Of a stretch of DNA of 64,000 bases, positions 40,974 to 50,261 are shown one piece after another. The translations under genes were made by a program, and so were the position numbers. This DNA is from a virus: IMG/VR virus record IMGVR_UViG_3300021962_000028, positions 32,001-96,000 of that record, one strand, 5' to 3'. Positions within the stretch are counted from its first letter, which is position 1; each line of letters opens with the position of its first letter. The notes under the pieces are model-generated. The model searched no databases. It had not been told where the DNA came from and saw only the letters and a list, made by a program, of their open reading frames with translations.

Positions 40974-42998
40974 ATGATAGAATCAATGGACAATGACAAC
41001 AGAAAAGAGAACAAACGACCTTCTGACTCATCAACACCCGCTTTAGACAATTTTAGTCGTGATTTGATTAAACTTGCCGAACAAGGTAAATTAGACCCTG
41101 TAGTAGGTAGAGAGAAAGAAATCTTACGTATTGCTCAAATACTTTCCCGTAGAAAGAAAAATAACCCAATTATCATTGGAGAACCTGGTTGTGGTAAAAC
41201 CGCAATTGTTGAAGGTTTGGCAATGAAAATCTATGAAGGGGATTGTCCAAGAAATCTAGCCGACAAAAGAATTCTTTCATTAGATATGACTTCGATTGTT
41301 GCTGGTACAAAATACCGTGGTCAATTTGAAGAAAGAATGAAAGTTCTTATTGAAGAACTTCAGGCCAACCCTGACATTATCATCTTTATTGATGAAATTC
41401 ATACAATAGTTGGTGCAGGTAATTCTTCAGGGTCGTTAGATGCTTCAAATATCTTTAAACCCGCACTCGCTCGTGGAGAAATCCAATGTATCGGAGCGAC
41501 AACATTAGACGAATATCGTAAAAACTTTGAAAAAGATGGGGCGTTAGAGCGTCGTTTTCAAAAGGTTATTGTTGATGGGGCAACTAAAGAAGAAACTTTG
41601 GTCATCCTTAAAAATCTTAAAGACAAGTATGAGGGGTTTCATAAGGTATCCTTCAGTGATGAAGTTCTTGAGACTTGTGTAACTTTGGCGGAACGTTATA
41701 TCACAGATAGAGAATTCCCTGATAAAGCAATTGATATTCTTGATGAGGTTGGGGCACGTAGTCAGGTTGATATGAAACTTCCTGAAATTATTGAAGAGTT
41801 AAAAACCAAAGCACTTGATATTAAGAACCAAAAGGTTGAGGTTGTTAAAAATCAACGTTATGAGGAGGCCGCAGAACTTAGAGATAAGGAGAGAAAGATT
41901 TTGTCAAAACTTGATGAGGAGAAGAAAAAATTCGAGCAAGATTTGACTACAAAACGTAAAGAAGTTTCTTTAGAATTAGTTTACGATGTTGTTTCTAATA
42001 TGACTAAAATCCCTGTTAGTAAATTGAATGCGGATGATACTAAGGCTTTAGTCGATTTAGATAAAACTTTAAATACCAAAGTTATTGGTCAAGAAGAGGC
42101 GGTTAAACGTATTGCAAAATCAATTAAAAGAAATCGTTTAGGTATTAAAGACCCAAATCGACCAATCGGTTCATTTATTTTCTTAGGGTCCACAGGTGTT
42201 GGTAAAACTTATTTAGCGAAACAATTAGCTAAAGAAGTGTTTGGTAGTGAAGATTCGTTAATCCGTGTGGATATGTCTGAGTACCAAGAGAAACATACCG
42301 TATCTCGTTTAATCGGAGCACCTCCAGGATATGTTGGTTATGATGAGGGAGGTCAATTAACTGAACAAGTTAAAAATAAACCTTATTCGGTAATCTTATT
42401 TGACGAGATTGAGAAGGCAAATAAAGATATTTTCTCATCTTTACTTCAAATGTTGGATGATGGACATATGACGGATGGTTTAGGTCGTAAAATTAACTTT
42501 AAGAATTGTATCATCATTATGACATCAAACTTAGGGGTTAAAAAATTACAAGACTTTGGTAATGGTGTTGGGTTCTCAAATTCTAATAACGCTTTTGTTA
42601 ACGAAGAATTAAGAAAACAAACACTACAGAAAGAATTGAAAAAATTCTTTTCACCTGAATTCTTAAACCGTATTGATGATACTATTATCTTTAATAGTTT
42701 AGGTCAAAACGACGTTGATAAAATTGTCGCTATCGAATTAGATAAGTTAAAAGTTCGTTTAGATAGTATGAAATATCAAATCACGTTTGATAAGTCAATT
42801 TCTGAAATGATTTCGAAAGTAGGTTTTGATGAAATGTACGGAGCACGTCCTCTAAAAAGAGCAATCCAAGATAAGGTTGAGGATTACATCTCGGAAGAAG
42901 TTCTTAGAAATAACATTAAAGAGGGTGTTAAATACGTTTTAACTACCGAAGATGGTGAGACTGTATCAATTCAGTCTAAAAAGAAAAAAGGGGTTTAA
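40974..42998 (+). CDS. clpC: ClpC-like AAA+ unfoldase lacking the N-terminal Clp_N domain
   Basis: [18 protein letters not shown]-domain [32 protein letters not shown] ClpP loop, GARPLKR. Confidence 0.92.
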   Translation: MIESMDNDNRKENKRPSDSSTPALDNFSRDLIKLAEQGKLDPVVGREKEILRIAQILSRRKKNNPIIIGEPGCGKTAIVEGLAMKIYEGDCPRNLADKRILSLDMTSIVAGTKYRGQFEERMKVLIEELQANPDIIIFIDEIHTIVGAGNSSGSLDASNIFKPALARGEIQCIGATTLDEYRKNFEKDGALERRFQKVIVDGATKEETLVILKNLKDKYEGFHKVSFSDEVLETCVTLAERYITDREFPDKAIDILDEVGARSQVDMKLPEIIEELKTKALDIKNQKVEVVKNQRYEEAAELRDKERKILSKLDEEKKKFEQDLTTKRKEVSLELVYDVVSNMTKIPVSKLNADDTKALVDLDKTLNTKVIGQEEAVKRIAKSIKRNRLGIKDPNRPIGSFIFLGSTGVGKTYLAKQLAKEVFGSEDSLIRVDMSEYQEKHTVSRLIGAPPGYVGYDEGGQLTEQVKNKPYSVILFDEIEKANKDIFSSLLQMLDDGHMTDGLGRKINFKNCIIIMTSNLGVKKLQDFGNGVGFSNSNNAFVNEELRKQTLQKELKKFFSPEFLNRIDDTIIFNSLGQNDVDKIVAIELDKLKVRLDSMKYQITFDKSISEMISKVGFDEMYGARPLKRAIQDKVEDYISEEVLRNNIKEGVKYVLTTEDGETVSIQSKKKKGV

Positions 42999-43213
42999 TA
43001 CCCCTTTTTTTTATCATTAATTTTGTCTTTTTTATAATCTAAAAAATCAAGAAAAAACCCAACACCTACAATAATATTCATTCCCACAGACATTAGTATT
43101 TCATAAATGTCTTCATAGACATTCATAGTTAAGTGAATATGACCAACAATCCAAAAAGGTATTGATAGGTTTTGTGATATCCAAGAAAGAGAGTATCTTA
43201 TAAAATATTTCAT
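42995..43213 (-). CDS. Small membrane protein
   Basis: 72 aa, hydrophobic segments, late motif directly upstream. Confidence 0.6.
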   Translation of the reverse strand: MKYFIRYSLSWISQNLSIPFWIVGHIHLTMNVYEDIYEILMSVGMNIIVGVGFFLDFLDYKKDKINDKKKGY

Positions 43214-43233
43214 ACTATAAATACCCTTTAATT

Positions 43234-43268
43234 AAAAAACCCCTCCGTTTCCGAAGGGGTTTTATTTT
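43234..43268 (-). terminator. Intrinsic terminator
   Basis: AAAAACCCCT...AGGGGTTTTT hairpin. Confidence 0.7.
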
Positions 43269-44098
43269 TACCAATATCTAAAGGTTGATGATTTTTGTCT
43301 TTCGTGTGTATATTTTTGATACCCTAATGACTCTATCATTTGTTTACCCATATCAACACCATTAAACGTATCTTCAACCACAACATACTCTTGGTTAGTG
43401 TGGTATCGGTAATATCCGATTGAGAAGTTAATACAGGAGAAATCAAACTTAGTCTTCAATGCGTATACATCTGTGTATGGGTGTACCATATACTGACGTT
43501 TCTCATTCATACTTTCGGTTATTACCTTATCACATTTTTCAAAGAATTCCCCTTCTTTATCAAATAATCTAGCACCATAACAAGTTTCAGTTACCATCCA
43601 ATTTTCGGGAGCGTCGAATTGAATTGCATATCCAACGTTAGTAAAGAAACTTGGGTCTGCCATTTTTGAACCGTGACAACCTGTTTCTTCAGATACAAAA
43701 AATGCGGCTTTAAGGTTTGGAAGTTCTTTTAGTAATTCAAAACAGGCAAATACCCCGCATTTATCATCACCACCAATTCCTGTTGGTAGTCCGTTATCGT
43801 TGTACGCTTTTAGTGAAAGTTTTAAATCACCGTTAGAATTAGGCAACATTTCTTCTCTAACATTAATAGTATCTAATTTGTGAACCGTATCAGTATGTGC
43901 GACGACACAAGGAAAAACAAAGTCTTCAGGAAGTTCTCCTGTTTGTTTTATAGCGTAAACATTTAAATGTTCGTCAACGTAGTGTTCAATATTATTAGAC
44001 TTTAACCAGTCAACAATAAACTGAACCATTAAATCTTCTTGATATGTGTAAGTAGGCACTGAAAGTACTTCCTTAAGTAACTGCAAATCTCTTGCCAT
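43268..44098 (-). CDS. M20/M28-clan zinc peptidase
   Basis: AHTDTV, GGDDKCG, SEETGCHGS, GYYRYHT. Confidence 0.85.
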   Translation of the reverse strand: MARDLQLLKEVLSVPTYTYQEDLMVQFIVDWLKSNNIEHYVDEHLNVYAIKQTGELPEDFVFPCVVAHTDTVHKLDTINVREEMLPNSNGDLKLSLKAYNDNGLPTGIGGDDKCGVFACFELLKELPNLKAAFFVSEETGCHGSKMADPSFFTNVGYAIQFDAPENWMVTETCYGARLFDKEGEFFEKCDKVITESMNEKRQYMVHPYTDVYALKTKFDFSCINFSIGYYRYHTNQEYVVVEDTFNGVDMGKQMIESLGYQKYTHERQKSSTFRYW

Positions 44099-44136
44099 AA
44101 TTTTAGTATATTAGACACAAAGATAAGTAAAATAAT

Positions 44137-45165
44137 TTAATCAAACAACTCTGGGTGGTATAAAAAATTATTAAATTGTTCTAAATCATAATCACCACGT
44201 TTAAAATCCATAGTACCCTTTTTCTTATATTCTAGTTCTATTTTATTGGTTTCAGGATTTATTCTTATGACTTTAAACATCATTTTATTTTCATCCTTAG
44301 GTCTACCATACCAAACATTGTATTTAAATTTTTTGGTAACGTAAGTTACTAATTTTTTGTATTCATCCAAATCTGCAAACTTATCACCATCCTCCATATC
44401 TGAGATGATGTTCTCCAACTGGTATTTTACTGACCTATTAAATGATTCGGAATCAAATTCATTAGACCCCATATATTCATACATATTACTCCAATAATCG
44501 CCATCAACTGATTTGTCGTGACCAACAGTTTTTAATAACGTTAATAAATCACTATTTTTATTACCGTACTTATCGTATAACTTAATTAATGAATCTACGG
44601 TTGTCATATATTTGTAAAAACAACCTTGGGTATTGTGAATACCGTTTTCTAAAAAAATATCACATAATTCTTTAGTAATTTCTTTCTCCATTGAGTTTTT
44701 CATCCCTGAGTCCATCTCAGATTCGTAATCACCAATAATATAATCAACACGATTATTAAACAACTCCTCAAGTAATCTACAAAATTCAACCGCTTGAGCA
44801 TCATCCTGTAAGTTTAAATTTGGGGCAATTAATCTTTTAATTTCCTCCATTAATTCTTTATTCTCATCATTAAAGTATGGAAAAACATAACCTTCTCTCC
44901 AATCTTCTTCCGCTCTATAACTGTCAAAAACTTCTAAATTACCGTAAGACGAATATAGATTATTTAAAAACCAAACATCATCATCGGATAAGTCAAATAA
45001 TTTAAAATACTGTTCGTCGTTTTCAAATTTCAAAGTAATAATACCGTTATCTCTAACATTAAATATTAATTCGTCATTTATCCCTTTACCATCAACTAAT
45101 CCTCTCTTAAACATATGCAATTGCATATATAACCAATCGGGATTTGATTCTTTTAGTATTTTCAT
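44137..45165 (-). CDS. Hypothetical protein
   Basis: 342-aa ORF. Confidence 0.75.
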   Translation of the reverse strand: MKILKESNPDWLYMQLHMFKRGLVDGKGINDELIFNVRDNGIITLKFENDEQYFKLFDLSDDDVWFLNNLYSSYGNLEVFDSYRAEEDWREGYVFPYFNDENKELMEEIKRLIAPNLNLQDDAQAVEFCRLLEELFNNRVDYIIGDYESEMDSGMKNSMEKEITKELCDIFLENGIHNTQGCFYKYMTTVDSLIKLYDKYGNKNSDLLTLLKTVGHDKSVDGDYWSNMYEYMGSNEFDSESFNRSVKYQLENIISDMEDGDKFADLDEYKKLVTYVTKKFKYNVWYGRPKDENKMMFKVIRINPETNKIELEYKKKGTMDFKRGDYDLEQFNNFLYHPELFD

Positions 45166-45198
45166 CTATATTTACTTTAACAATAAATACAACAAACA

Positions 45199-45244
45199 TT
45201 TGGATATTTAAAAAACAAATTGTATCTTTGTAATGTTCTTTGAA
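45199..45244 (+). promoter_or_regulatory. Bacteroidota promoter plus boxA-like motif for tmRNA
   Basis: TTTG-N20-TATCTTTG followed by GTTCTTTGAA (45235-45244). Confidence 0.7.
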
Positions 45245-45249
45245 AATAT

Positions 45250-45635
45250 GGGGATGAATGGAATCGATTGGCATTGTTGCGTATCGGTGGCACGTCGGAA
45301 CTGAATTAATTCCGTAAAAACTGATTCAAAACTGTAAACGGCAACGTTTTAGACAAAATGGCTCTATTAGGTCTTGTTAAACAAGATGAGCTTGTTTCTG
45401 TAGCGTAAGCACAAAAACATTCGGGTCGGCGGACTTATAACCTAGGAACAGAAGTCTTTATAGGTGTGGTTTCTATCTTAAAAGGAACAAGTGGAGGATT
45501 AGTTCTCAGTAAACCGAACCACTATAAAATAAGGGAATTGTGAATTTCGGAACATTAGAAAATGTTGACCTAAACGTGTAGTCACTTATATGTGAAGTGA
45601 ACAAGACGAGAGTTCGAATCTCTCCATCTCCACCA
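45250..45635 (+). ncRNA. ssrA: tmRNA; tag frame 45340-45408 (A)GNVLDKMALLGLVKQDELVSVA*
   Basis: 5' GGGGATG pairs with 3' CATCTCC-ACCA including G3:U70; T-arm GAGAG-TTCGAAT-CTCTC; resume context TAAAC-GGC. Confidence 0.93.
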
Positions 45636-45638
45636 TTA

Positions 45639-45673
45639 GAAATAAGGGATTTAATTATCCCTTATTTTTTTTT
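45639..45673 (+). terminator. Terminator after tmRNA
   Basis: AAATAAGGGAT-TTAATT-ATCCCTTATTTTTTTTT. Confidence 0.85.
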
Positions 45674-45756
45674 ACTTATTGACAAATAATAATTGACTAA
45701 CTATATTTATAATCTAATCTAAACAATAAAACTTAACTAAAAACAAAAATCAAACA

Positions 45757-45921
45757 ATGAAAAAAGTATTTTTTGCAATCGGGGTAGTGGCTTTTTTATC
45801 ATCTTGTGGTGGTAATGCGTCTAAAACAGAAGGAACAAACGTTGATTCAACTACAGTTTCAACTGACACTACTAAAATGGTTGTAGATTCAACAAAAGTT
45901 GACACTACGTCAGTAAAATAA
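45757..45921 (+). CDS. Small lipoprotein (54 aa, not in ORF track) MKKVFFAIGVVAFLSS-CGGNASKTEGTNVDSTTVSTDTTKMVVDSTKVDTTSVK
   Basis: Signal peptide with LSSC lipobox; A-rich leader; TATTTATA at 45704; terminator at 45942-45968. Confidence 0.85.
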   Translation: MKKVFFAIGVVAFLSSCGGNASKTEGTNVDSTTVSTDTTKMVVDSTKVDTTSVK

Positions 45922-45941
45922 TTATTACTGAGCCTAAATAA

Positions 45942-45968
45942 TAAACCCTCCAATCGGAGGGTTTTTTT
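45942..45968. terminator. Bidirectional terminator
   Basis: AAAACCCTCC-AATC-GGAGGGTTTTTTT. Confidence 0.85.
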
Positions 45969-45969
45969 A

Positions 45970-46557
45970 TTATACTAATTTTGAAAAGAAATCTTTAATA
46001 CCTGTTGAGGCGTTTGACACTAAGTCCTTGAGTTTTGTATTTCCAACTTTATAATCCATTATTTTAGATAACAGATTTTCATCATCATCTGTTTTATAAT
46101 CAATTTTATAATTACCGTTGGCGTACTCCTCCTCAATCCACATAATTAATTCCACTATTTTTTCCTCATCGCCGCTAATATCAACACCAGCACCTACTTC
46201 AGGTTCTCCTGGAAATGTTTTATAATGGAAACTACCTACGGCGTGTACATTATCAACCTTACCATTTGGGTCTTTTTTAGCGTAAGGATTTTCGGTAGTT
46301 CTTAAACCCATACTATCCGCCTTATCAATTACCTTTATTGCAACATCTCTATCGGTAAATCCAAGGTGTAAATGGTCTTCGTGACCTGACCAAGTAATTC
46401 CGTTAATTCGAGTCCCGTGGTCATATCCGTGGCCAATTTCCCCTCCTGTCTTTGTCGCAGGATTATAAACTAACTCATCAACCCCCTCAATGTCTGATTC
46501 ATTGATGTTCATTAATTCTCTATTTCTTTTAATTTCTTCTATTAAATTCTGTCTCAT
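45970..46557 (-). CDS. Possible LAS/M15-like Zn peptidase domain protein
   Basis: GHEDHLHLGF and HAVGSFHYK...GVDIS motifs. Confidence 0.45.
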   Translation of the reverse strand: MRQNLIEEIKRNRELMNINESDIEGVDELVYNPATKTGGEIGHGYDHGTRINGITWSGHEDHLHLGFTDRDVAIKVIDKADSMGLRTTENPYAKKDPNGKVDNVHAVGSFHYKTFPGEPEVGAGVDISGDEEKIVELIMWIEEEYANGNYKIDYKTDDDENLLSKIMDYKVGNTKLKDLVSNASTGIKDFFSKLV

Positions 46558-46574
46558 AATATTAAATATTTGTA

Positions 46575-47288
46575 TTAAACTAATCCTATTGATATTCTAA
46601 AAACTTCTTCCATCCAATAAGGTAAGTCAATACCTGCATCGTCAAAATAAAAGTTTCTTGGCCATTTATCGAAGGTATTAGATAGGGCTTCTTTTATATT
46701 TTTATATTCGGGGAAATTTTCTTGAATAAATTCTTCGTCAACATCTCCCTCTAATTGTTGTAAATCATATTCAATCTTAGGTTCAGTACCTTTAACTCTG
46801 AACGTTAAATCTAAAAATAATTCATCTCTAAAATCACTAACCCCTATTCTTGGAATAAATTTACCGAATATCTTAAGGTGTTCTTGTTTTCCGTGATGAT
46901 GGTTAACATTTAAAGTTGTAATATCTTGTAAGTTATGAAGTAACTCAGATTTAAATGAATTTGTTATATAAAATATTTCACTAAACGGGACCTCAGAACC
47001 CAGTATATGAAAAACGTCTTGAATTCCTTTTTGTTGGCCAACATAACTAACATATATATGGTTTGGTTCAAATGAAATATACTCTGAAAGTTTTTCAACT
47101 TCAGTTCTTAAATTAACCCCAATTATTAATAAGTTATATGGGACATCACCAACATTTTCAATATCAAATACGACTCTAATGTTATCATACATATCTGATT
47201 CAACGCTAAGAATATTAACTATTAGTCCTGGAGAAAATTCTTTCCCATTAATAAAGTGTTTAAGTATTTTTTCTAAACCTGTTACCAT
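46575..47288 (-). CDS. Hypothetical protein
   Basis: 237-aa ORF. Confidence 0.7.
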   Translation of the reverse strand: MVTGLEKILKHFINGKEFSPGLIVNILSVESDMYDNIRVVFDIENVGDVPYNLLIIGVNLRTEVEKLSEYISFEPNHIYVSYVGQQKGIQDVFHILGSEVPFSEIFYITNSFKSELLHNLQDITTLNVNHHHGKQEHLKIFGKFIPRIGVSDFRDELFLDLTFRVKGTEPKIEYDLQQLEGDVDEEFIQENFPEYKNIKEALSNTFDKWPRNFYFDDAGIDLPYWMEEVFRISIGLV

Positions 47289-47291
47289 ATG

Positions 47292-47313
47292 TTATAAATA
47301 CTGGTATTTATAA
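47292..47313. promoter_or_regulatory. Back-to-back late-type motifs serving divergent genes
   Basis: TTATAAATAC-TG-GTATTTATAA perfect inverted repeat between the 47288(-) and 47330(+) starts. Confidence 0.65.
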
Positions 47314-47329
47314 TTAAATTAAAACTATA

Positions 47330-48109
47330 ATGAAACTATTAACCTTAGCGAAAGCCGTTCAGCCTTTTATTCAAAAAAATATCACATTAGAAGGGATATA
47401 TAAAGAAATTTTAACTAATAAATCATTACCTTTCACAACAATGTTAAAACCTATCGATTTGATTAAATTAGTTTTTTTAGCCAAAAAAGTATCAAACGGT
47501 GAAGACCCAAGAGAAATAATGACACAATTAGATAATAATATTTTTCTTTTCTCAACTGTAGAATTTGGAGATAATAACCAAACAATAGATTGTGAAGAAT
47601 GCCAAGGAGACCCTAGTGTTGAATGTACTTGGTGTGATGGTACTGGTGAAACCGATTGTGATGAATGTGATGGTTCAGGTGAGGATGAGGAAGGAAACTC
47701 GTGTGATGAATGTCAAGGAGGGGGTAAAGTTGAGTGTAATAACTGTGACGGTGAAGGGACTCAAGAGTGCGGATATTGTGATGGTCAAGGATATAATGAG
47801 ACTGAGGATTATACCCCATATGATATTGGGTACTATGTATCATATGATGAAACTCTTAAAAACTCATTACAACAAAGATTATTAAGAAATAACACTGAAG
47901 ACCCAATTTTTAATTCCAAAAAAACATTCTTACTGTCAGTTAATCAAATAGGTGTTGATGAGGGTGATAGTGAAAGTATTAAAGATAATTTCGCAAATAC
48001 AACACACTTATTAGAGATAAATGATGAAGAAGTAAGTGAAAGTCTAATTTATGGAAACGGTAGAATACTACCTACAGGGTTTTTTGATAGTTTAAGTGAA
48101 TTTATGTAA
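47330..48109 (+). CDS. Protein with DnaJ-type CxxCxGxG zinc-finger repeats
   Basis: Six CxxCxG(xG) repeats; no J-domain HPD motif. Confidence 0.8.
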   Translation: MKLLTLAKAVQPFIQKNITLEGIYKEILTNKSLPFTTMLKPIDLIKLVFLAKKVSNGEDPREIMTQLDNNIFLFSTVEFGDNNQTIDCEECQGDPSVECTWCDGTGETDCDECDGSGEDEEGNSCDECQGGGKVECNNCDGEGTQECGYCDGQGYNETEDYTPYDIGYYVSYDETLKNSLQQRLLRNNTEDPIFNSKKTFLLSVNQIGVDEGDSESIKDNFANTTHLLEINDEEVSESLIYGNGRILPTGFFDSLSEFM

Positions 48110-48715
48110 TTACTTCTCTAAATGACCCATCAAAACACCACCTATTGCGGTTGCGTGAACTTGTAAGTGATTTACAGATTCCATATCAAGTTTGGTCTTT
48201 CTTTTGGTAAAATCCAATCCTAAAGTACCAATAAATTTATCATCAATAGTTTTTATTGAAAATAAGAATCCTGATTTACATCCTGTATCTTCGGCAATAT
48301 ATTTTAAACCGTAGGTTGGGATTGTTTCATCTTTAAAATCAGGGATTTCAATCACATCGTTTTCGTATAATTGATTAATAGACTTGCTAAATAAATTAAC
48401 AGGGATATTTTGAAAATTTAATTGTATTGAATTTACGGAAGGTGATACCGTCTCATAGATAATACTAAATTTAGCCATCGATTTACCTGTTGGGTAAAAG
48501 TGTCCACCATTGTGAAATTGCATTATCCAAACTCTATCCGCTTTAAATTCTTCCTTAATATGTTCAATTTTTGAGGTAATTAATTCACTAACTTGTAGTG
48601 CCTCTTTAACCATATCAGGTTTTTCTTTTTTCTTTTCTAACTTACTCTTTAAGTATAAAAGAACCACAGGACCTAATACCCCCGTTATAAATGCTACAAT
48701 TACTTCACTTGACAT
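48110..48715 (-). CDS. N-terminal TM plus GAF-like domain protein (T4 holin T-like architecture)
   Basis: Hydrophobic N-terminus; ADRVWIMQFHNG...FIGTLGLDF GAF-like pattern. Confidence 0.5.
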   Translation of the reverse strand: MSSEVIVAFITGVLGPVVLLYLKSKLEKKKEKPDMVKEALQVSELITSKIEHIKEEFKADRVWIMQFHNGGHFYPTGKSMAKFSIIYETVSPSVNSIQLNFQNIPVNLFSKSINQLYENDVIEIPDFKDETIPTYGLKYIAEDTGCKSGFLFSIKTIDDKFIGTLGLDFTKRKTKLDMESVNHLQVHATAIGGVLMGHLEK

Positions 48716-48756
48716 TAACTAATCTTTTGTTTTATGTTTTATAAATATCCTATTAT

Positions 48757-48786
48757 AAAAAAAAATACGACATTATGTCGTATTTT
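48757..48786 (-). terminator. Intrinsic terminator
   Basis: AAAATACGACA-TTA-TGTCGTATTTT. Confidence 0.75.
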
Positions 48787-49867
48787 AAAGTTTTTCAAAT
48801 TTAGGTTTTAGATATTTCCATATCATATGGTCATATGGTTTTCTATCCCACATTGCAAAACATAGTGATTTAACCTTAGGGTGTACCTTATTAAGTTCTA
48901 AATGTTCCGCAAATTCTTTTTTAGTCGGCTCAACTTCTTTATCCCCATATTTACCATATCTAAAATAATCGTGCATCTTACCTGCGTATTCTGAGTAACG
49001 ATAATGGTTATAATTCAAAGTTGAAACATACTGTTTTACTTTTTTGTAAAATTCGTCAGGAACGTCTTTAAGATAGTCCTCCATTTTACCTCCAGAACTT
49101 AAAACTTCCCAAACACCAGTTGTAGATAGATTAGTCATTATTTTATGAAGACGAAGATATTCTTCACCTTTTATCTTCATTCTATCTCCATTAGAGAATC
49201 TAACGACAAACCCTTCTTTATTATCCGCAATGGCGTGTTTCAAGTAAGTGTAGTCAGAAATTCCATCGTATTTTCTAACAATATTAAATCCTAAGTTGTT
49301 CAGAAGGTTTTTAAACCTAACATCCTCATTATTACCTGAATGGATGTTAACCTCATCACCATCTTTAGTGTGTATCATCCCTAATAATACCAAATCTTCA
49401 AAATCGTAAGAACAAACTATTCTATTTTCAGGATAGATTATCTCAAACAAATAAGTATAGTCAGGGTTTAATCTGTTATAATCGTATTTCTGAAGTAACT
49501 TAGTACCTTTAACCGCTTGGTCAGAAGTAAAAGAACCACGAGTAGCAAGAACCCACTCACCTTTATAGTTGAACAGTATCCCTAAAGAACCATCCATTTT
49601 TTCATAAACATCAAACTCTTCAGTTGGGGTGTGTTGGTTTTCTTCTATGTTAAAAAACTTCTTAAATGGTCTTGCAACGACATTACCTTCATTATCAGTA
49701 ACCAAACCACGGCATTGTTTAGTAACGTCATCCCAAAATTTATATTGGTTGTTACCTTCACCGTATTGAACCTTTGGAGTGTAGTTCCATATAGTCAAAG
49801 GAAGGGTAGGATGCACTTGTTTTTGCACCAACTCTTTCTCATAATATTTGTTCAATTGTTCTAACAT
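48785..49867 (-). CDS. RNA ligase (T4 Rnl1/RnlA-like)
   Basis: CRGLV, RPFKKFFN, EKMDGSLG (motif I), TRGSF, FEII, EGFVV, KIKGEEY. Confidence 0.92.
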   Translation of the reverse strand: MLEQLNKYYEKELVQKQVHPTLPLTIWNYTPKVQYGEGNNQYKFWDDVTKQCRGLVTDNEGNVVARPFKKFFNIEENQHTPTEEFDVYEKMDGSLGILFNYKGEWVLATRGSFTSDQAVKGTKLLQKYDYNRLNPDYTYLFEIIYPENRIVCSYDFEDLVLLGMIHTKDGDEVNIHSGNNEDVRFKNLLNNLGFNIVRKYDGISDYTYLKHAIADNKEGFVVRFSNGDRMKIKGEEYLRLHKIMTNLSTTGVWEVLSSGGKMEDYLKDVPDEFYKKVKQYVSTLNYNHYRYSEYAGKMHDYFRYGKYGDKEVEPTKKEFAEHLELNKVHPKVKSLCFAMWDRKPYDHMIWKYLKPKFEKL

Positions 49868-49894
49868 ACTACAAAGATAATATTTTTTATTTAA

Positions 49895-50131
49895 TTACCA
49901 ACTATCAACGTCGGTTAAATCTAATTCTGTTCTTGTTTTGTGGCTATACACCGCAATTCCACTACCAATACCTGTTGGTGTTATTTTCCAAGTGAATGTA
50001 CCATATTCACCATAAATCGCTTTAATGTGTGATAACCACTCATCATACATTTTCTGTTGTTTCTCGCTGAGCTCCTCGTGTATCACGGTTTTTCTCGTAT
50101 TCTTTCCTCCCATCGCATTTAGTTTTTTCAT
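49895..50131 (-). CDS. Hypothetical protein
   Basis: 78-aa ORF; start uncertain. Confidence 0.6.
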   Translation of the reverse strand: MKKLNAMGGKNTRKTVIHEELSEKQQKMYDEWLSHIKAIYGEYGTFTWKITPTGIGSGIAVYSHKTRTELDLTDVDSW

Positions 50132-50261
50132 TTATATTCCAAAGTTCTTTTCCTCCATTTTTCATATGACAGTTATGGGGTTTATCCATTCGTTTGGAGA
50201 ACCCAACAATCATATCATTATGTTTATTCCTTACAACCCAAGGACATTCTTTACAACTCAT
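50043..50261 (-). CDS. Small Cys/His protein
   Basis: CKECPW...HNCH...C possible Zn site. Confidence 0.55.
   Translation of the reverse strand: MSCKECPWVVRNKHNDMIVGFSKRMDKPHNCHMKNGGKELWNINEKTKCDGRKEYEKNRDTRGAQRETTENV

Noticed and set aside
48762-48786. GACATTATGTC palindrome resembling the clpC operators
   Set aside because: It is the core of a longer hairpin with an A/T tail right after the RNA ligase stop, so a terminator is the simpler reading.
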